This document shows, one piece after another, positions 36,931-46,391 of a stretch of 64,000 nucleotides of DNA. Made by a program: the position numbers and the translations under genes. The stretch is from assembly GCA_040387375.1 (NCBI GenBank), contig JAZKDW010000011.1:94837-158836 (forward strand), read 5' to 3'. Below the pieces are notes generated by a model. It worked only from the letters and a program-made list of their open reading frames with translations, was not told where the DNA came from and made no database searches. Source of the DNA: Pseudomonadota bacterium (GTDB taxonomy: Bacteria; Pseudomonadota; Gammaproteobacteria; Burkholderiales; Burkholderiaceae_D). Each line of letters begins with the position of its first letter. Position 1 is the stretch's first letter.

Positions 36931-38313
36931 TCACCGGGCCGTCAATGCATCCAGTATCTTCTGGTGCACGCCACCAAAACCGCCATTGCTCATTGCGAGG
37001 ATCTGGTCGCCCGGCCGGGCTGCCTGCACGATGGCCTGCACCAGCAAACCCAGTTCATCGAAGGCAAGCGCTTTTTGCCCTAAAGGCGCAAGCGCCTCAC
37101 CGAGATTCCAGCCGAGTGCGTCCTTGCCGCTACCCTTGGCGCCATAACCGAACACCAGGTCGGCATCGGCCAGGCTGGCGGGCAGCGCATCTTTCATCGT
37201 GCCCAGTTTCATCGTATTGGAACGCGGCTCCAGCACCGCCAGTATACGTGCGCTGCCGACTTTTTTCCGCAATCCGGCGACCGTGGTCGCGATGGCGGTC
37301 GGATGGTGCGCAAAATCGTCATACACGGTGATGCCGTTGGCCGTGCCGCGAATTTCCATGCGGCGCTTGACGTTGCCGAACTTCGCCAGCGACTCGATCG
37401 CCTGCGCCGGCAACACACCGACATGGCGCGCGGCGGCGATCGCGGCCAGCGCATTCATCCGGTTGTGTTCGCCGCTGAGTTCCCATTGCACGGTGCCTTG
37501 CCTGTCGTTGTTGAAAATGACATCAAAGCTGCCGTCGTCATGCGTGGCAAGCGCCCAGCCTTTATCCGGCGTGCCGCCAAACCATTCCGACTCGCTCCAG
37601 CAGCCGCGCCCGAGCACCCGCTGCAAGGATTCTTCGCGGCCGTTGACGATCAATCGTCCGATGCCCGGCACCGTGCGCACCAGGTGATGGAACTGGGTTT
37701 CAATCGCGTTCAGGTCAGGAAAAATGTCGGCGTGGTCATACTCGAGATTATTGAGGATGGCTGTCTTGGCGTGGTAATGAACAAATTTGCTGCGCTTGTC
37801 AAAAAACGCCGTGTCATATTCATCGGCCTCGATCACGAAAAAATCCGAACCGGCGGCAGAGCCGGAGAGCCGGGCGGAAATGCCGAAATTCAGCGGCACG
37901 CCGCCAATCAGGAATCCGGGATGATAACCGGCGTCCTCGAGTATCCAGGCAAGCATCGCCGACGTGGTGGTTTTGCCATGTGTACCGGCCACCGCCAGCA
38001 CCCACTTGTCATGCAGGATATGTTCGCCTATCCATTGCGGCCCGGAGGTATAGGGAAGCCCACGGTTGAGAATTTCTTCCATCAGCGGGTTACCGCGCGA
38101 GACGACGTTGCCGATCACGTACAGGTCGGGCCGGAGGCTGATCTGCTCGGGTCCGAAGCCTTCGATCAATTCGATGCCCTGGGCCTGGAGCTGCGTACTC
38201 ATCGGGGGATAAACGTTGGCGTCACAACCGGTGACCTTGTGGCCGGCTTCTTTTGCCAGAACGGCAAGACCGCCCATGAACGTGCCGCAGATGCCAAGGA
38301 TATGAATATGCAT
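36931..38313 (-). CDS. mpl: UDP-N-acetylmuramate:L-alanyl-gamma-D-glutamyl-meso-diaminopimelate ligase (murein peptide ligase)
   Basis: 460-aa Mur ligase. The N-terminus MHIHILGICGTFMGGLA is characteristic of Mpl, and the P-loop GTHGKTTT is present. Confidence 0.9.
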   Translation of the reverse strand: MHIHILGICGTFMGGLAVLAKEAGHKVTGCDANVYPPMSTQLQAQGIELIEGFGPEQISLRPDLYVIGNVVSRGNPLMEEILNRGLPYTSGPQWIGEHILHDKWVLAVAGTHGKTTTSAMLAWILEDAGYHPGFLIGGVPLNFGISARLSGSAAGSDFFVIEADEYDTAFFDKRSKFVHYHAKTAILNNLEYDHADIFPDLNAIETQFHHLVRTVPGIGRLIVNGREESLQRVLGRGCWSESEWFGGTPDKGWALATHDDGSFDVIFNNDRQGTVQWELSGEHNRMNALAAIAAARHVGVLPAQAIESLAKFGNVKRRMEIRGTANGITVYDDFAHHPTAIATTVAGLRKKVGSARILAVLEPRSNTMKLGTMKDALPASLADADLVFGYGAKGSGKDALGWNLGEALAPLGQKALAFDELGLLVQAIVQAARPGDQILAMSNGGFGGVHQKILDALTAR

Positions 38314-38378
38314 TGTACAATTTCGTAATGGAATAACGAGATTTTACCTGACCCGCACGCTGCCGCGTTCGGAGTATC

Positions 38379-39005
38379 ATGCGCGCCATGCCTAATAACC
38401 ACCCTGCCGATACTGAACTGATACGCGCTGAAATCGCCGTTGCCGCCGCCCGCATGATTGCCGAGGATGGCACGGATTACGGCACAGCCAAGCGCAAGGC
38501 CGCGAAACAGATTCTGGGAAACGTCAAAGTCCGCGGTGATATCCTTCCGACCAATGCCCAGATCGAGGACGAGGTGCGGATCCACAACGAACTCTTCTTT
38601 GGTGAAACGCAACCTGCGCGCTTGCTGCATCTGCGCAAGCTGGCGTTGCGCCTGATGATCGAACTGGCGGCATTCAAGCCGCATCTTACCGGCGCGGTCT
38701 TGAATGGCACCGCAGGCGAGCATTCCGATATCTATTTGCAATTATTTGCAGACAGCCCTAAAGACGTCGAGGTTTACCTGTTGAACAAGAATGTCAATTT
38801 TGAGGTGTCGGAAAGCGCGCATTTCAAAGGCCGCAATGAACCTGTCGAGACCTTGAGTTTCATGCACGAAAACGAAGGCATACATCTGGTCTTGTATGAA
38901 ACCGATGATTTGCGAGGTGCGGTAAAAACAGCAGACGACCGGCGGCTTGAACGGGCCAACGCCGATATCGTGCAAGGATTAATTGTCGAAAGTGAAATAA
39001 AATGA
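38379..39005 (+). CDS. Conserved hypothetical protein (no domain recognised)
   Basis: 208-aa ORF with protein-like composition. It is translationally coupled (ATGA at 39002-39005) to the downstream TlpA-like gene. Start is uncertain (M1 or M4). Confidence 0.6.
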   Translation: MRAMPNNHPADTELIRAEIAVAAARMIAEDGTDYGTAKRKAAKQILGNVKVRGDILPTNAQIEDEVRIHNELFFGETQPARLLHLRKLALRLMIELAAFKPHLTGAVLNGTAGEHSDIYLQLFADSPKDVEVYLLNKNVNFEVSESAHFKGRNEPVETLSFMHENEGIHLVLYETDDLRGAVKTADDRRLERANADIVQGLIVESEIK

Positions 39006-39523
39006 AACAAAATAAGTTGCCATTTGCTGCGATCGCAGTCATATTTGCAGGTATTGGCATCTATTTCGGCATTCAGCGGCTGGAACCTGAGGCGCCGCAC
39101 AATGCGGCAGTGGCCAATTTTTACAGTCAATCAATGCCAGATGCCCAAGGCACGATGCGTGCGCTTTCTCAATGGAAGGGCAAGACCCTTGTTGTAAATT
39201 TCTGGGCAACATGGTGTGCTCCCTGTGTCGACGAAATGCCGGAATTGGTGGCATTACAGACCGAAGTGGCGTCGAAAAATACCCAGATAATTGGTATTGG
39301 AATTGATTCTGCAGCTAACATCCGTGAATTTGGAAGCAAATATAAAATCAGTTATCCGCTGTATTCGGCAGGCATGGTCGGTACCGACCTGTCGCGGCAA
39401 TTTGGCAACCAGGCTGGAGGATTGCCATTTACGGTACTGATAACGGCGGATGGAAAAGTCAAAAAGACCTATCTCGGCCGGCTTAACATGAAGGAACTGC
39501 GTAACGATTTGGGCTCGCTGTAG
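39002..39523 (+). CDS. TlpA-family thiol:disulfide oxidoreductase (periplasmic thioredoxin-like)
   Basis: 173-aa ORF with an N-terminal membrane anchor and the thioredoxin active site WATWCAPC. Confidence 0.85.
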   Translation: MKQNKLPFAAIAVIFAGIGIYFGIQRLEPEAPHNAAVANFYSQSMPDAQGTMRALSQWKGKTLVVNFWATWCAPCVDEMPELVALQTEVASKNTQIIGIGIDSAANIREFGSKYKISYPLYSAGMVGTDLSRQFGNQAGGLPFTVLITADGKVKKTYLGRLNMKELRNDLGSL

Positions 39524-39606
39524 ACAACTCAAAACTTTTATACTTGCCAATCAGCGTCATTTAGCGGCAAAATGCCGCCATCCTCGTCAAACGGAACCGC
39601 ATCTCG

Positions 39607-40044
39607 ATGGCAAAAAATATCCTCCTGCTTAATGGCCCGAACCTGAACCTGCTGGGATCGCGCGAGCCGGAAAAATATGGAACAACGACATTAGGCGATG
39701 TCGAACGTGCCGCTGCTGATCAGGCTTCTGCAGCTGGCGCCAACATCAGCAGTTTCCAAAGTAATCATGAAGGCGCACTGATAGATCGTATTCATGCCGC
39801 CAGGGATGCCGGTGTCGACGCGATTGTAATAAACCCGGGCGGGTTGACCCATACCAGCGTTGCATTGCGCGACGCATTATCCGGCGTTGCCATTCCATTT
39901 ATTGAAATACACATAACCAATATTCATCAGCGTGAAGCATTTCGCCACCACTCATACCTGTCCGCGATTGCGGCAGGCGTGATCTGCGGACTTGGCGTGG
40001 ATGGCTACCGCGCTGCAATCGATTACGCGCTCAAAAAGCTTTAA
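39607..40044 (+). CDS. aroQ: Type II 3-dehydroquinate dehydratase
   Basis: 145-aa ORF with [29 protein letters not shown] and [16 protein letters not shown]. Confidence 0.95.
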   Translation: MAKNILLLNGPNLNLLGSREPEKYGTTTLGDVERAAADQASAAGANISSFQSNHEGALIDRIHAARDAGVDAIVINPGGLTHTSVALRDALSGVAIPFIEIHITNIHQREAFRHHSYLSAIAAGVICGLGVDGYRAAIDYALKKL

Positions 40045-40122
40045 TCCCGTTATCTGCGCAAGCACGACATATAATCGCGCTGATTTTTAACATCAAGATA
40101 GACACATTCTGACGGATTTATA

Positions 40123-40578
40123 ATGGATTTAAGAAAACTCAAAACCCTGATCGATCTGGTCGCTGAATCAGATATCGCCGAGCTGGAAGTCACCGAGGGG
40201 GAAAGCAAGGTACGGATTGTAAAATCCACACCGGCGCCTCAACACCAGATGGTGATGATGCAGCCGTCCGCTGGTCAGCAGGCAGCAGCGCCGGCCCCGG
40301 CCGCACCAGTGGCCGCCCTCCCCGTCGAGCCCGTCGAGCCGCAAGGCCACGTCGTCAAATCCCCGATGGTTGGCTCCTTTTACCGCTCCTCCGCTCCTGG
40401 TTCGCCGCCCTTTGTCGAGATCGGCGCCATCGTCAAGGAAGGCCAGACCTTGTGCATCATCGAAGCGATGAAGCTGTTAAATGAGATCGATGCCGATGCG
40501 TCGGGAGTAATTACCCAAATCCTGGTTGAAAATGGCCAGCCGGTCGAATTCGGTCAACCACTATTTATCATTGGTTAA
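40123..40578 (+). CDS. accB: Acetyl-CoA carboxylase biotin carboxyl carrier protein
   Basis: 151-aa ORF with a Pro/Ala linker and the biotinyl-lysine motif [12 protein letters not shown]. Confidence 0.95.
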   Translation: MDLRKLKTLIDLVAESDIAELEVTEGESKVRIVKSTPAPQHQMVMMQPSAGQQAAAPAPAAPVAALPVEPVEPQGHVVKSPMVGSFYRSSAPGSPPFVEIGAIVKEGQTLCIIEAMKLLNEIDADASGVITQILVENGQPVEFGQPLFIIG

Positions 40579-40675
40579 GCGATGTGCGTTCGCCATCCTT
40601 CTTTATTTGACAATAGAGAAGGATGCTGCGGGTTTTTCCAAAGTTCAATCTCTCTAACGCCTTCCGCTCCCCACT

Positions 40676-42058
40676 ATGTTTGAAAAAATCCTCATTGCCA
40701 ATCGTGGTGAAATCGCACTTCGTATCCAGCGTGCCTGCCGCGAGATGGGCATCAAGACGGTTGTGGTTCATTCCGAAGCTGACCGCGACGCCAAATATGT
40801 AAAACTGGCCGATGAATCGGTCTGTATCGGGCCGGCGCCGTCCACCCTCAGCTATCTGAACATGCCGGCAATTATCAGCGCGGCGGAAGTCACCGATGCC
40901 GAGGCTATCCATCCCGGCTACGGCTTCCTGTCGGAAAACGCGGATTTCGCGGAACGTGTCGAAAAATCGGGTTTTGTGTTTATCGGCCCGCGCTCGGAGT
41001 CGATCCGCCTGATGGGCGACAAAGTCTCCGCCAAGCAAGCCATGATCCGCGCCGGCGTGCCGTGCGTTCCCGGCTCCGAAGGCGCGTTGCCTGACGATTC
41101 AAAAGAGATCATCCGCGTTGCCCGCAAAATAGGCTATCCGGTCATCATCAAGGCGGCCGGCGGCGGCGGCGGTCGCGGCATGCGTGTAGTCCACACCGAA
41201 GCGGCCTTGCTCAACGCCGTGACAATGACCAAGACCGAAGCCGGTACGGCATTCGGCAATCCCGAAGTCTATATGGAAAAATACCTGGAGAATCCACGTC
41301 ATGTGGAAATCCAGATCCTGGCTGACGAATTCAAGAATGCCGTATGGCTGGGCGAGCGCGATTGCTCGATGCAGCGCCGTCATCAAAAAGTGATTGAAGA
41401 GGCGCCGGCAATCGGCATCCCACGCAAGCTGATCGAGAAGATCGGTGACCGCTGTGCGGAGGCTTGCCGCAAGATGGCCTATCGCGGCGCTGGCACGTTC
41501 GAGTTCCTGTATGAGAATGGCGAGTTTTATTTCATCGAAATGAATACCCGCATCCAGGTCGAACATCCGGTTACCGAAATGATCACCGGCATCGATCTGG
41601 TACAGGAGCAAATCCGTATTGCGGCTGGTGAAAAACTGCGTTTCCGGCAACGTGATGTCGAATTGAAAGGGCACGCGATCGAATGCCGCATCAATGCCGA
41701 AGATCCATTCAAGTTCACGCCGTCGCCCGGCAAGATCCTGTCCTGGCATGCACCGGGCGGACCAGGCATTCGGGTCGACTCGCATGCCTATGCTGGCTAT
41801 TACGTGCCGCCCAACTATGATTCAATGGTGGGCAAGGTCATTTCCTACGGCGCCACGCGCGACCAGGCAATCAAACGCATGCAGATCGCCCTGTCCGAGA
41901 TGGTGGTCGAAGGTATCCTGACCAATATTCCGCTGCACCGGGAACTGATGGTGGATGCACGATTTATCGAAGGCGGCACCAATATTCATTACCTGGAACA
42001 GAAGTTGGCAAACAAGCCGGACCTGCCAAAAGACTCGAAGAAAACAGTCACGAAATGA
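40676..42058 (+). CDS. accC: Acetyl-CoA carboxylase biotin carboxylase subunit
   Basis: 460-aa ATP-grasp ORF ([17 protein letters not shown].., [34 protein letters not shown]). Confidence 0.95.
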   Translation: MFEKILIANRGEIALRIQRACREMGIKTVVVHSEADRDAKYVKLADESVCIGPAPSTLSYLNMPAIISAAEVTDAEAIHPGYGFLSENADFAERVEKSGFVFIGPRSESIRLMGDKVSAKQAMIRAGVPCVPGSEGALPDDSKEIIRVARKIGYPVIIKAAGGGGGRGMRVVHTEAALLNAVTMTKTEAGTAFGNPEVYMEKYLENPRHVEIQILADEFKNAVWLGERDCSMQRRHQKVIEEAPAIGIPRKLIEKIGDRCAEACRKMAYRGAGTFEFLYENGEFYFIEMNTRIQVEHPVTEMITGIDLVQEQIRIAAGEKLRFRQRDVELKGHAIECRINAEDPFKFTPSPGKILSWHAPGGPGIRVDSHAYAGYYVPPNYDSMVGKVISYGATRDQAIKRMQIALSEMVVEGILTNIPLHRELMVDARFIEGGTNIHYLEQKLANKPDLPKDSKKTVTK

Positions 42059-42061
42059 AGC

Positions 42062-43048
42062 ATGCTCATGAACTGGACTGAAATTGTCATTGAAGTCGCC
42101 CTGCATCACGCCGAAGGCCTGTCTGACGCATTGATGGATGCAGGCGCCTTGTCTGTTTCAGTGGAAGATGCCGACTTCGGCACCGATGCGGAACAACCAC
42201 TGTTCGGCGAACCCGGCATGGAGCCGGCACAGGCAGCATGGGAGCATAGCCGTGTGGTAGCCCTGATCGCGGCCGATGCCGATCCCGCCGCCATCGTCGC
42301 CACGGCGCTCGAGGCCAGCGGCCTGGCTAGCACCGGACCGGAAGCCGCCTCCTACACGCTGCGGCCAGTGGCCGACCAGGACTGGGTCCGCCTCACACAA
42401 TCGCAGTTTGATCCGATTCACATAGGCAAGAACATCTGGGTCGTGCCCAGCTGGCACGAGGCGCCAGACCCGAACGGCCTCGTGCTGGAGCTCGATCCCG
42501 GTCTCGCGTTTGGCACCGGCAGCCACCCTACCACCCGGCTGTGCATGGAATGGCTGGAGGCAAAGGCGCCGCAAGGTTTGTCGGTTCTGGATTACGGTTG
42601 CGGTTCCGGCATCCTGGCCATGGTTGCCGAAAAACTGGGGGCGACCAATGTCATCGGCGTCGACATCGATCCGCAGGCGATCGAATCGGCGCGTCATAAC
42701 TGTGAACGCAACCACTGCACGATCGATTTTTACCTGCCGGAGCAGTTCGCGGGCGCCGTGCACGCGGGCGCCGTGCACACGGGTGGCGTGCATCCTCCGG
42801 CTTTTGATATCGTGGTTGCCAACATCCTGGCCAGTCCATTGAAGCTGATGGCGCCGATGCTGGCAGGCCGCGTGGCGCCGGGCGGAGCGCTGGTATTGTC
42901 CGGTGTGCTGGCCCGGCAAGCAGAGGAAGTGGCGGCGGCCTACGCGCCGTTCCTCGAGATGAGCGTCTGGGCGGAGCGCGAAGGCTGGGTTGCGTTGTCC
43001 GGAAACCTGCCCGGCCCGGCCTCTGTTCCCTTGACCGGCGCCAGATAA
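42062..43048 (+). CDS. prmA: Ribosomal protein L11 methyltransferase
   Basis: PrmA pattern ([33 protein letters not shown] motif [17 protein letters not shown]). It carries an extra [15 protein letters not shown] insert. The start could be 42062 or 42068. Confidence 0.9.
   Translation: MLMNWTEIVIEVALHHAEGLSDALMDAGALSVSVEDADFGTDAEQPLFGEPGMEPAQAAWEHSRVVALIAADADPAAIVATALEASGLASTGPEAASYTLRPVADQDWVRLTQSQFDPIHIGKNIWVVPSWHEAPDPNGLVLELDPGLAFGTGSHPTTRLCMEWLEAKAPQGLSVLDYGCGSGILAMVAEKLGATNVIGVDIDPQAIESARHNCERNHCTIDFYLPEQFAGAVHAGAVHTGGVHPPAFDIVVANILASPLKLMAPMLAGRVAPGGALVLSGVLARQAEEVAAAYAPFLEMSVWAEREGWVALSGNLPGPASVPLTGAR
42749..42793 (+). repeat. 15-bp in-frame tandem repeat x3 (GCGGGCGCCGTGCAC, GCGGGCGCCGTGCAC, ACGGGTGGCGTGCAT) inside prmA
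   Basis: Read directly from the sequence. It encodes [15 protein letters not shown]. The unit is 14/15 identical to the repeat at 53167-53226, on the coding strand and in the same frame. Confidence 0.9.
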
Positions 43049-43053
43049 ATTCG

Positions 43054-44316
43054 ATGGCGCTCGCAACCCGGTGCCCCTTTTGCAGCACGACATTCCGCGT
43101 CGTGCAGGACCAGTTGAAATTACGCGCCGGGCTGGTTCGCTGCGGCGCGTGCCGGGAAATCTTCAACGGTGCCGAGCACCTGATCGAAGCCGATAAACCA
43201 GCGCCAGCGGCTGCCCCGCCGCCCATGTCCGCCGGGCAGCCGGTTCCAACGCCTGCTGCGGTCCCGGTTGCACCAGTTGCGCCGCAGGCGCCGGAAGCTT
43301 CGGCCGACGTTTCATCACCCGGCCCTGCGAGTGCGGAGGCCAATCCCGGACCACACCAACCGGCTCCCCTGCCCGAGCCTGAACCGCCGCCGGCGGCGGC
43401 TACGCCAGTGATAGTGCCGGCCGGGACTGCGCCTGCGGAGTCGGTCAAGTTGCCGGCGCCATCAGTCGTCCCGCCTCCGGTCAACATGGCCACGGCGCTT
43501 GCTGCGGCTGCCAACGTCTCCGAGGACGATCCGATGCAGCGCATGACGCTGATGGATTTCACTTCGTTTGACGATGCCGACCGGGACAACCCGCTCCAGC
43601 GCCACGCAAAAAAATCGATCCTGTCCGGCGCCTACGGTCTGGACAGGTTATCGCAGTCCGAGGAAAACCCGGAGGGCGACCTCCCCGATGACCTGACCCG
43701 GGCGGTCGACGAGTTGCAGCGCAAGCCGTGGCGCAGCGAAAAGGACACGGCCTCTCCCGAGGACGATGACCCGGACGGCATCGCTGCCGATGAACCGGAA
43801 TTTGTAAAACGGGCCCGCCGGCAGCAGACCAGCAGCCGTGCACGACGCTTATTCCTCGGCATCGGATCAGTGGTTCTGCTTATTGTTTTGCTGCTTCAAG
43901 GCTTTTACACCTTCCGCAATCAGATTGCGGCTTACCTGCCTGTGACCGCACCTGCCCTGGGTTCGGCCTGCGAATTGCTTGGCTGCCGGATTGAGTTGCC
44001 CGCGCAAATAGATGCGGTGTCGATCGAATCAAGCGAACTGCAGGCGCTGGCAACAATCCAGAATAGTTTTTTGCTGACTACCGTGCTGCGCAACCGCAGC
44101 GCAACGGCGCAGCAATGGCCGAATATCGAATTGACCCTGAATGATGCGAATGAAAAGCCGGTGGCGCGGCGCGTTTTTTTGCCGCGCGATTATTTGCCCC
44201 GGAATGTGGATGCCGCAAAAGGTTTTGCCGCCAATCTGGAACAGACGAGCAAACTGACGTTCGTGCTTTCCGAAATGAGCGCATCCGGTTACCGGGTCGA
44301 GCTGTTCTATCCATGA
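43054..44316 (+). CDS. Zinc-ribbon (MJ0042-type) and DUF3426-like membrane protein
   Basis: 420-aa ORF with an N-terminal CPFC..x..CGAC zinc ribbon, a long Pro/Ala-rich linker, one TM helix (LFLGIGSVVLLIVLLLQGFY) and a C-terminal beta-rich domain. It follows prmA as in other Burkholderiales (from memory). Confidence 0.7.
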   Translation: MALATRCPFCSTTFRVVQDQLKLRAGLVRCGACREIFNGAEHLIEADKPAPAAAPPPMSAGQPVPTPAAVPVAPVAPQAPEASADVSSPGPASAEANPGPHQPAPLPEPEPPPAAATPVIVPAGTAPAESVKLPAPSVVPPPVNMATALAAAANVSEDDPMQRMTLMDFTSFDDADRDNPLQRHAKKSILSGAYGLDRLSQSEENPEGDLPDDLTRAVDELQRKPWRSEKDTASPEDDDPDGIAADEPEFVKRARRQQTSSRARRLFLGIGSVVLLIVLLLQGFYTFRNQIAAYLPVTAPALGSACELLGCRIELPAQIDAVSIESSELQALATIQNSFLLTTVLRNRSATAQQWPNIELTLNDANEKPVARRVFLPRDYLPRNVDAAKGFAANLEQTSKLTFVLSEMSASGYRVELFYP

Positions 44317-44385
44317 CTTTTCCGGGCAGGCTTCAACGCGCCTGTTTCATCCTCCATCCCCTTTAATTACCTCCTTGCTCCCTCT

Positions 44386-45318
44386 ATGACATCCTTAATT
44401 TGCGGCTCAGTTGCTTTCGACACCATCATGTCTTTCGGCGGACGTTTTTCCGAAGCGCTGCTGGCTGATCAGCTACACAAGATCAACGTTGCCTTCCTGG
44501 TGCCGAGCCTGCGCCGCGAATTCGGCGGTTGCGCCGGCAATATAGCCTACAACCTGAAACTCCTGAATGGCGATCCGCTGATCATGGCAACCATTGGACA
44601 GGACGGCGCACCCTATCTGGAGCGGCTGGATCGCCTTGGCATCTCGCGCCGCTGCATCCAGACCATCAACGACGCCTATACCGCACAGGCATTCATCACC
44701 ACCGATGCCGATAACAACCAGATCACCGCATTCCACCCGGGTGCGATGGGACTGTCGCACCAGAACAGGATCGCCGACGCCGGCCCGGTAAAATTTGCGA
44801 TTGTCGCGCCCGATGGCCGTGATGGCATGCTCGAACATGCGAAAGATTGCGCCGAACTGAACGTGCCGTTCATTTTCGATCCGGGCCAGGGTTTGCCCAT
44901 GTTCAATGGCGCCGAGCTGGAGCGTTTTATCGAACTGGCCACCTTTGTTGCGGTCAATGACTATGAAGCAGAATTATTGACCGAGCGTACCGGACTGAGC
45001 CTGCAACAGATTGCAGAACGTGTGACGGCGCTGGTCGTCACGCGCGGCGAACAAGGTGCGGAAATTTTCACCGGCGGTCAACGTATCGATATCCCGTGCG
45101 TCAAGGTCGAGCAGATAATCGATCCTACCGGCTGTGGGGATGCATTTCGGGCCGGCATGTTATTTGGTCTCACCAAGGGAATGGACTGGCTCACTATCGG
45201 CCGGCTCTCCAGTTTGATGGGCGCGATCAAGATTGCTTACCAGGGTGGTCAGAACCATGCACCCTCTGTGGCTGAGATTGAAGAGCGTTTTAACAAGGAA
45301 TTCGGCTATCGGTTTTGA
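44386..45318 (+). CDS. PfkB-family carbohydrate/nucleoside kinase (adenosine kinase-like)
   Basis: 310-aa ORF with an N-terminal GSVAFD.. motif, GGCAGNIAYN, and the PfkB signature DPTGCGDAFRAG. Confidence 0.8.
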   Translation: MTSLICGSVAFDTIMSFGGRFSEALLADQLHKINVAFLVPSLRREFGGCAGNIAYNLKLLNGDPLIMATIGQDGAPYLERLDRLGISRRCIQTINDAYTAQAFITTDADNNQITAFHPGAMGLSHQNRIADAGPVKFAIVAPDGRDGMLEHAKDCAELNVPFIFDPGQGLPMFNGAELERFIELATFVAVNDYEAELLTERTGLSLQQIAERVTALVVTRGEQGAEIFTGGQRIDIPCVKVEQIIDPTGCGDAFRAGMLFGLTKGMDWLTIGRLSSLMGAIKIAYQGGQNHAPSVAEIEERFNKEFGYRF

Positions 45319-45394
45319 GATGCCGGGCTTGTGCCCGATGCGGCTTTTCTGCTGATGGCATCTGCCGTGATGGCGTGCTGCGGTTTGTAGTTTC

Positions 45395-45428
45395 GTAGGG
45401 TGGAAAAGTTCACGCGATCCCACCCTAC
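45395..45428. repeat. REP-like hairpin unit (GTAGGGTGG-N16-CCACCCTAC)
   Basis: It has a perfect 9-bp stem. It belongs to the same GTAGGGTGG/CCACCCTAC family as 1138-1224 and lies between convergent genes. Confidence 0.75.
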
Positions 45429-45439
45429 AAGATCCCCCC

Positions 45440-45769
45440 TTACGCGATCCCGCCTCCGCTTTCCAGCGGCAGCAACCGGTTCCGAACCCCATCAACCGTC
45501 AAATCACTCCCGCGCACGTCGATGACTTTGCGCCTTCCGGACTGCCCGTGTGTAAGAACCAGCGCGCTTTTCGGCACATCAAGCAGGCTGGCAAGAAAGC
45601 GAATCAGCGCCTCGTTCGCCTTGCCATCAATCGGTTGCGCCTGCAGCCGGATCTTCAGCGCGCCGTCAAAAGGCCCGAGCACTTCGCACTTTTTGGCGTT
45701 AGGCATGACCTGCACTGCCAGCCTGACGCCGCCATCCACAGCGGCGCACCAGTCATGCAAGCGGAGCAA
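45440..45769 (-). CDS. yggU: YggU/DUF167 family protein
   Basis: 109-aa ORF with the DUF167 pattern (V.P.AKK..V.G..DG.LKIRL.A.P.DGKAN.ALI.FLA). It follows yggT as usual. Confidence 0.8.
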   Translation of the reverse strand: MLRLHDWCAAVDGGVRLAVQVMPNAKKCEVLGPFDGALKIRLQAQPIDGKANEALIRFLASLLDVPKSALVLTHGQSGRRKVIDVRGSDLTVDGVRNRLLPLESGGGIA

Positions 45770-46295
45770 GCAGCGCAGTCACCAGATAAAGCGCGATGCG
45801 CAGCAATAAAAAGGCAACCAGCGGCGACAGATCGATACTGCCGACCAGCGGGATGATCCTGCGCAAGGGCCGCATCAATGGGTCGGTCAGGGCGCCAATC
45901 AACGGCGCCAGCGGTGCATGTGGATTGACCCAGCTGAAAATGACTTCGATCACGATCAAGCCCATGAAGCCATAAAGAATCCATTGGAGCAGACTCAACA
46001 GCGCCAATACCAGCACGCCCGGAAACAAGGGGGCTGACGCGATCCAGAGATGGATGAACGTCGATAGCAGCGCCACCAGAAACGCGCCCGCCAGACTGGA
46101 CCAGTCATAACCGCCGACACCAGGCAAGACCCGACGCAATGGCTTCACCAGCCAGTCGGTCAGTAGAAACATGAACTGCGATATCGAAGATGGTGGCCGC
46201 ACACGGACAGCCTGCATCCAGAAGCGCAACAACAGTATGGATGCCAACACAATGGCAATGGTATCGATGATTAATGTAAAAATGCTGTACAGCAC
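45753..46295 (-). CDS. yggT: YggT-family integral membrane protein
   Basis: It has four or more hydrophobic helices and two YGGT-like repeats (LLRFWMQ..; VNPHAPL..PLRRIIP). I prefer the GTG at 46295, preceded by GGGGAG, because the track start at 46340 lies inside the upstream terminator. Confidence 0.8.
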   Translation of the reverse strand: MLYSIFTLIIDTIAIVLASILLLRFWMQAVRVRPPSSISQFMFLLTDWLVKPLRRVLPGVGGYDWSSLAGAFLVALLSTFIHLWIASAPLFPGVLVLALLSLLQWILYGFMGLIVIEVIFSWVNPHAPLAPLIGALTDPLMRPLRRIIPLVGSIDLSPLVAFLLLRIALYLVTALLAPLA

Positions 46296-46309
46296 GAGCG
46301 ATTCTCCCC

Positions 46310-46348
46310 AAAAAAAACCCGCTGCCTGACACGGAGTCATACAGCGGG
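46310..46348 (-). terminator. Rho-independent terminator of the H1-like gene
   Basis: On the minus strand: CCCGCTG - 17-nt loop - CAGCGGG followed by T8. Confidence 0.7.
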
Positions 46349-46391
46349 AATTGTGCCTGAACTTACTCAGGCTTCCAAACGAGCTTGGAGC

